A stretch of DNA of 64,000 nt from positions 27,205 through 91,204 of the forward strand of contig MFGB01000016.1 in assembly GCA_001780275.1 (NCBI GenBank), read 5' to 3'. The translations under genes and the position numbers were made by a program. Below, piece by piece: positions 61,202 through 64,000 of the stretch. The notes below the pieces were generated by a model. It made no database searches and was not told the origin of the DNA. It saw only the letters and a program-made list of their open reading frames with translations. Every line of letters starts with the position of its first letter. Position 1 is the first letter of the stretch. Source of the DNA: Candidatus Falkowbacteria bacterium RIFOXYA2_FULL_47_19 (GTDB taxonomy: Bacteria > Patescibacteriota > Patescibacteriia > Patescibacteriales > UBA12075).

Positions 61202-62929
61202 ATGAATGACACAATCAGGCAAATCCTCGATGACATCTATAAGCTTGATCCGGAACTTAAGAAACATGAGCCCGAGCTTATAAAGGTCGTGGACAACCTC
61301 TTAAAGACGCGGCCGGAGACGGAATATAATGATGATTTCGTTAAAGCTCTTCGCGCCGATATCATGGCCAAAGCCCAGTCCCTGAAGGAGAAACCGGTAA
61401 CGCTCAGGTTTTGGCAATTTCCGAAACTGTCTTATTTTTTCGGGGGAGCGATCCTGGGCGTCGCCTTGGTTATAGCGGCCGTCAGTTATTTTGATCGCCC
61501 CGGTAGTCTCGCCTTAAAGAGCGAACCGGATGCTGTGCGGCCGCGGATCGATCGTTTGGCAAGCGGCGCTTTCGGTTCTTTGGCCGGACTTGAATCGGAC
61601 GGCGGCAAATCAGCTTCCGATCTGGGCGAAAGCGGCACTATGTCCAGCCGGCAGAATTCACCGCCGCCGGCCGCCGAACAGGAAGCGGCAATGGAAGATA
61701 CCGCTTCTTTTTACGGTACCGACGCCGATAAGGGGTCGGCTAAAATAGCCCCGGAAATGGCGCCCTTGGGTATGGGCGGAGGAGGCGGCCTGGACGCACG
61801 GTCGATGATCGTTCCGCCTTACGAATGGACGAATTATAAATATGAATACACCGGAGAAGCTTTAGCGGCTCCGGCGGCGGAATTGCCGGTTTACAAGCGG
61901 AAGATAGATCCGAAAGTGCCCGGCGATCTGACGGGCCTTATCGACGGCGGGCAGACGCCTTATCTAGACTTGAATAAATTCCGGAATTTGAGAATGACGA
62001 GTTTAAGCGCGAGCGAAGACCGGAATTACGGTTATACGCTTTATTTCGATTTTTTGAACGGAATGGCCAACATCGACATGCAATGGGAAAAATGGCCTCA
62101 GCCCGGACGCGATTGCCGGGATCAAGCCTGCTTTGACGATCTGCGCCTGAAAGCGGAAGATGTGCCGGCCGATCAGGAACTTATCCGGATAGCCGATTCT
62201 TTTTTAGGGGAATACGGTATCGATAAGTCGGATTTCGGACCGGGCGAAGTGCGGAACGAATGGCGGACGATGTACGGCGCGGCGGAGATCAAGAGCGATA
62301 TCTGGATCCCGGATACCGTTACGGTCGTTTATTCGCTTAAGATCAAGGATCAAACCGTATACGAAGAATCCGGTTATACCACTGGCCTTAATGTCAGCGT
62401 CAATATACGGGAAAAAAGAGTGTCGAATATGTACGGCCTTAAGACCCTTAATTTTGAAAGTTCCGATTACGCGATGGAAACCGACACCGATCTGATCAGG
62501 CGTCTGGCCGAACGCGGCGGTAATTGGTGGGGACCGGGTATTATGGATTCGGGCAAAACCGTAACCGTTAAATTAGGCGCGCCGAAGGTCGAACTTATAT
62601 CTTATTGGCGATATGACCAGAAGAGCGGTCGCGGCGAAGAACTTTATATTCCCGCTTATATTTTTCCGATACTCAACAAAGAGGATGCCCCGAACCTGTA
62701 TCGCGACAACATCGTTGTCCCCTTGGTTAGGGAAATAATCGATGAGCAGGAAAAGAGATGGCAGGAGAATCCGCCCATGCCGCTTATAGAACCTATGCTT
62801 AAGGAGGAGGGGGCCGCCGGTTCCGGCGGCGGCGAAACCGGCGCGAATGCCGGCGGATCCGTCGCGCCGGCCGAACCCATGATCTTAGGAATTCCGGAGG
62901 CGTCTCGGGAAGATGCTCCCGTCAAATAG
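61202..62929 (+). CDS. putative anti-sigma factor-like single-pass membrane protein with a large extracytoplasmic domain
   Basis: Located immediately downstream of the ECF sigma. A cytoplasmic N-terminal segment of about 75 aa precedes one TM helix (YFFGGAILGVALVIAAVSYF) and an external region of about 480 aa. The role is assigned by architecture and position only. Confidence 0.45.
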   Translation: MNDTIRQILDDIYKLDPELKKHEPELIKVVDNLLKTRPETEYNDDFVKALRADIMAKAQSLKEKPVTLRFWQFPKLSYFFGGAILGVALVIAAVSYFDRPGSLALKSEPDAVRPRIDRLASGAFGSLAGLESDGGKSASDLGESGTMSSRQNSPPPAAEQEAAMEDTASFYGTDADKGSAKIAPEMAPLGMGGGGGLDARSMIVPPYEWTNYKYEYTGEALAAPAAELPVYKRKIDPKVPGDLTGLIDGGQTPYLDLNKFRNLRMTSLSASEDRNYGYTLYFDFLNGMANIDMQWEKWPQPGRDCRDQACFDDLRLKAEDVPADQELIRIADSFLGEYGIDKSDFGPGEVRNEWRTMYGAAEIKSDIWIPDTVTVVYSLKIKDQTVYEESGYTTGLNVSVNIREKRVSNMYGLKTLNFESSDYAMETDTDLIRRLAERGGNWWGPGIMDSGKTVTVKLGAPKVELISYWRYDQKSGRGEELYIPAYIFPILNKEDAPNLYRDNIVVPLVREIIDEQEKRWQENPPMPLIEPMLKEEGAAGSGGGETGANAGGSVAPAEPMILGIPEASREDAPVK

Positions 62930-62993
62930 GCTTAGTAGACAATAAACGGATATAATAAAATATCCCGCGAAATCGCGGGATATTTTATTTTGA

Positions 62994-63977
62994 TCATTCG
63001 AATTTTATGACCGTGATCTCCGATCGGCCGCTCGTGCGCATGGGCGGACCCCAGGTGCCGGTACCGGGAGAAGAATAAGCCGTGAGATCGCCGTTGGTAT
63101 TTAAACCCGTATGATATTTGCCGAAGATCAGGCGGGTAATAAGGCCAAAAGGAAAAAGCTGGCCGCGGTGGGTGTGTCCGGAAAGGACGAGATCGACTTT
63201 CGCGGCGCTTATATCGCCGATGTCGTTCGGCGCGTGTTTTAAGAGGATCGTTGGCTGGTCCGGATCGAGTCCTTTGAGCAAACCGGCAGGATCCTCCTTT
63301 TCGCCCCGATCGGCATAGTCGAGTCCGGCGATAGTCAGGCCGTCAGCCATCGCCGTTTCGGAACGCAGATAGCGGACGCCGGTGCCGGCGAGAGCGGCCG
63401 CGACCTTATCGCGGCCGATATAAGTTTCATGGTTGCCGTTCACGAAATAAACGCCGTAAGAAGCCGTGATATCTTTTAAAGGAGCGGCCAGACCGGTTAG
63501 ATCGGGCCCGGTGCCGTCGAAAAGATCGCCGGTAATGAAAACTATATCCGGATTCAAAGAGTTGATGTTTTTCGTAAGCGCCGTGAACCATCTTATTCCG
63601 TAAATCGCGCCGAGATGAAGATCTGTTATCTGTACAGCGGTTTTGCCCGACCAATCCGGGGGCAGGTTTTTTATTTTTACGTTAATATTTTTAATCAGGG
63701 GATAGCGCGCATTATAGATGCCGTAACCGGATACGATGATCGCCAGCAGGCAGAGGACCGCTGTAAGCCGGCGTGGATCGATAGTAAAGCGCGATAGCGA
63801 ACTAAGTCCGTAGATAACCCAACCGGCGGTCGCGGCCAGGAGAAGATTCGCGAAGAGCCCGTACCAGACAGAAGAAGCGATGTAAAGCCATTCAGTCGCC
63901 TGATTTTCGATCAATCGGTTAAGCAATATCGTTACGATAAAGCTCGTGGCCAGACCGTAAAGAACGAGGCCCAGCAT
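62994..63977 (-). CDS. membrane-bound metallophosphoesterase (calcineurin-like, YkuE-type)
   Basis: N-terminal TM helices, then the motifs DLHLG, GDLFDG, GNHE and GHTHRG. The true start could lie further upstream, near the window edge. Confidence 0.85.
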   Translation of the reverse strand: MLGLVLYGLATSFIVTILLNRLIENQATEWLYIASSVWYGLFANLLLAATAGWVIYGLSSLSRFTIDPRRLTAVLCLLAIIVSGYGIYNARYPLIKNINVKIKNLPPDWSGKTAVQITDLHLGAIYGIRWFTALTKNINSLNPDIVFITGDLFDGTGPDLTGLAAPLKDITASYGVYFVNGNHETYIGRDKVAAALAGTGVRYLRSETAMADGLTIAGLDYADRGEKEDPAGLLKGLDPDQPTILLKHAPNDIGDISAAKVDLVLSGHTHRGQLFPFGLITRLIFGKYHTGLNTNGDLTAYSSPGTGTWGPPMRTSGRSEITVIKFE

Positions 63978-64000
63978 ACGTGATTGGGACTGGCTAAGCG

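Overview
This window reads as one contiguous chromosomal segment from a small-genome, Patescibacteria/CPR-like bacterium. That assignment is an inference from three things: the gene content, the many secreted Cys-rich or repeat proteins, and comEC plus numerous peptidases with little biosynthesis. The genetic code is standard, because RF2 is present and TGA is used as a stop. I support about 58 protein genes, one tRNA-Pro(GGG), one SAM-I riboswitch upstream of metK, and many intrinsic terminators. Housekeeping blocks are ybeY-dgkA, ftsA-ftsZ, a LOG-family gene, hpt, nrdR-nrdD-nrdG, prfB, metK, lepB, an RNA methyltransferase and comEC. There is also a large set of peptidases (HtrA, M29, PepN, M16, S41, M23, M20, S2P and a C39-like enzyme). 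The most unusual content is as follows.

1. An accessory locus at about 52.2-62.9 kb is bracketed by two ECF sigma factors. It holds four paralogous secreted proteins built from a repeated LGDLFVLDRLF-type motif. Three of these genes, plus an orphan structured small RNA, are preceded by a shared bipartite ATCAT-N15-CGTC promoter-like motif.
2. The class III ribonucleotide reductase NrdD ends before its glycyl-radical motif. That motif is encoded 103 nt downstream as a separate, unannotated 45-codon ORF.
3. Dispersed, helically phased TTCGT/ACGAA and GCGAAT short-repeat arrays lie in intergenic regions, next to ftsA, nrdR, metK and the tRNA.
4. A promoter-to-terminator candidate structured ncRNA of about 270 nt lies beside a tRNA-Pro gene. 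That tRNA is preceded by a copy of its own 5' half interrupted by hairpin insertions.
5. A roughly 50-aa GEAWYV module is shared by three secreted proteins, and one Cys-rich IPT/FN3 surface protein exceeds 1700 aa.

Most long antisense ORFs in the supplied track look spurious.
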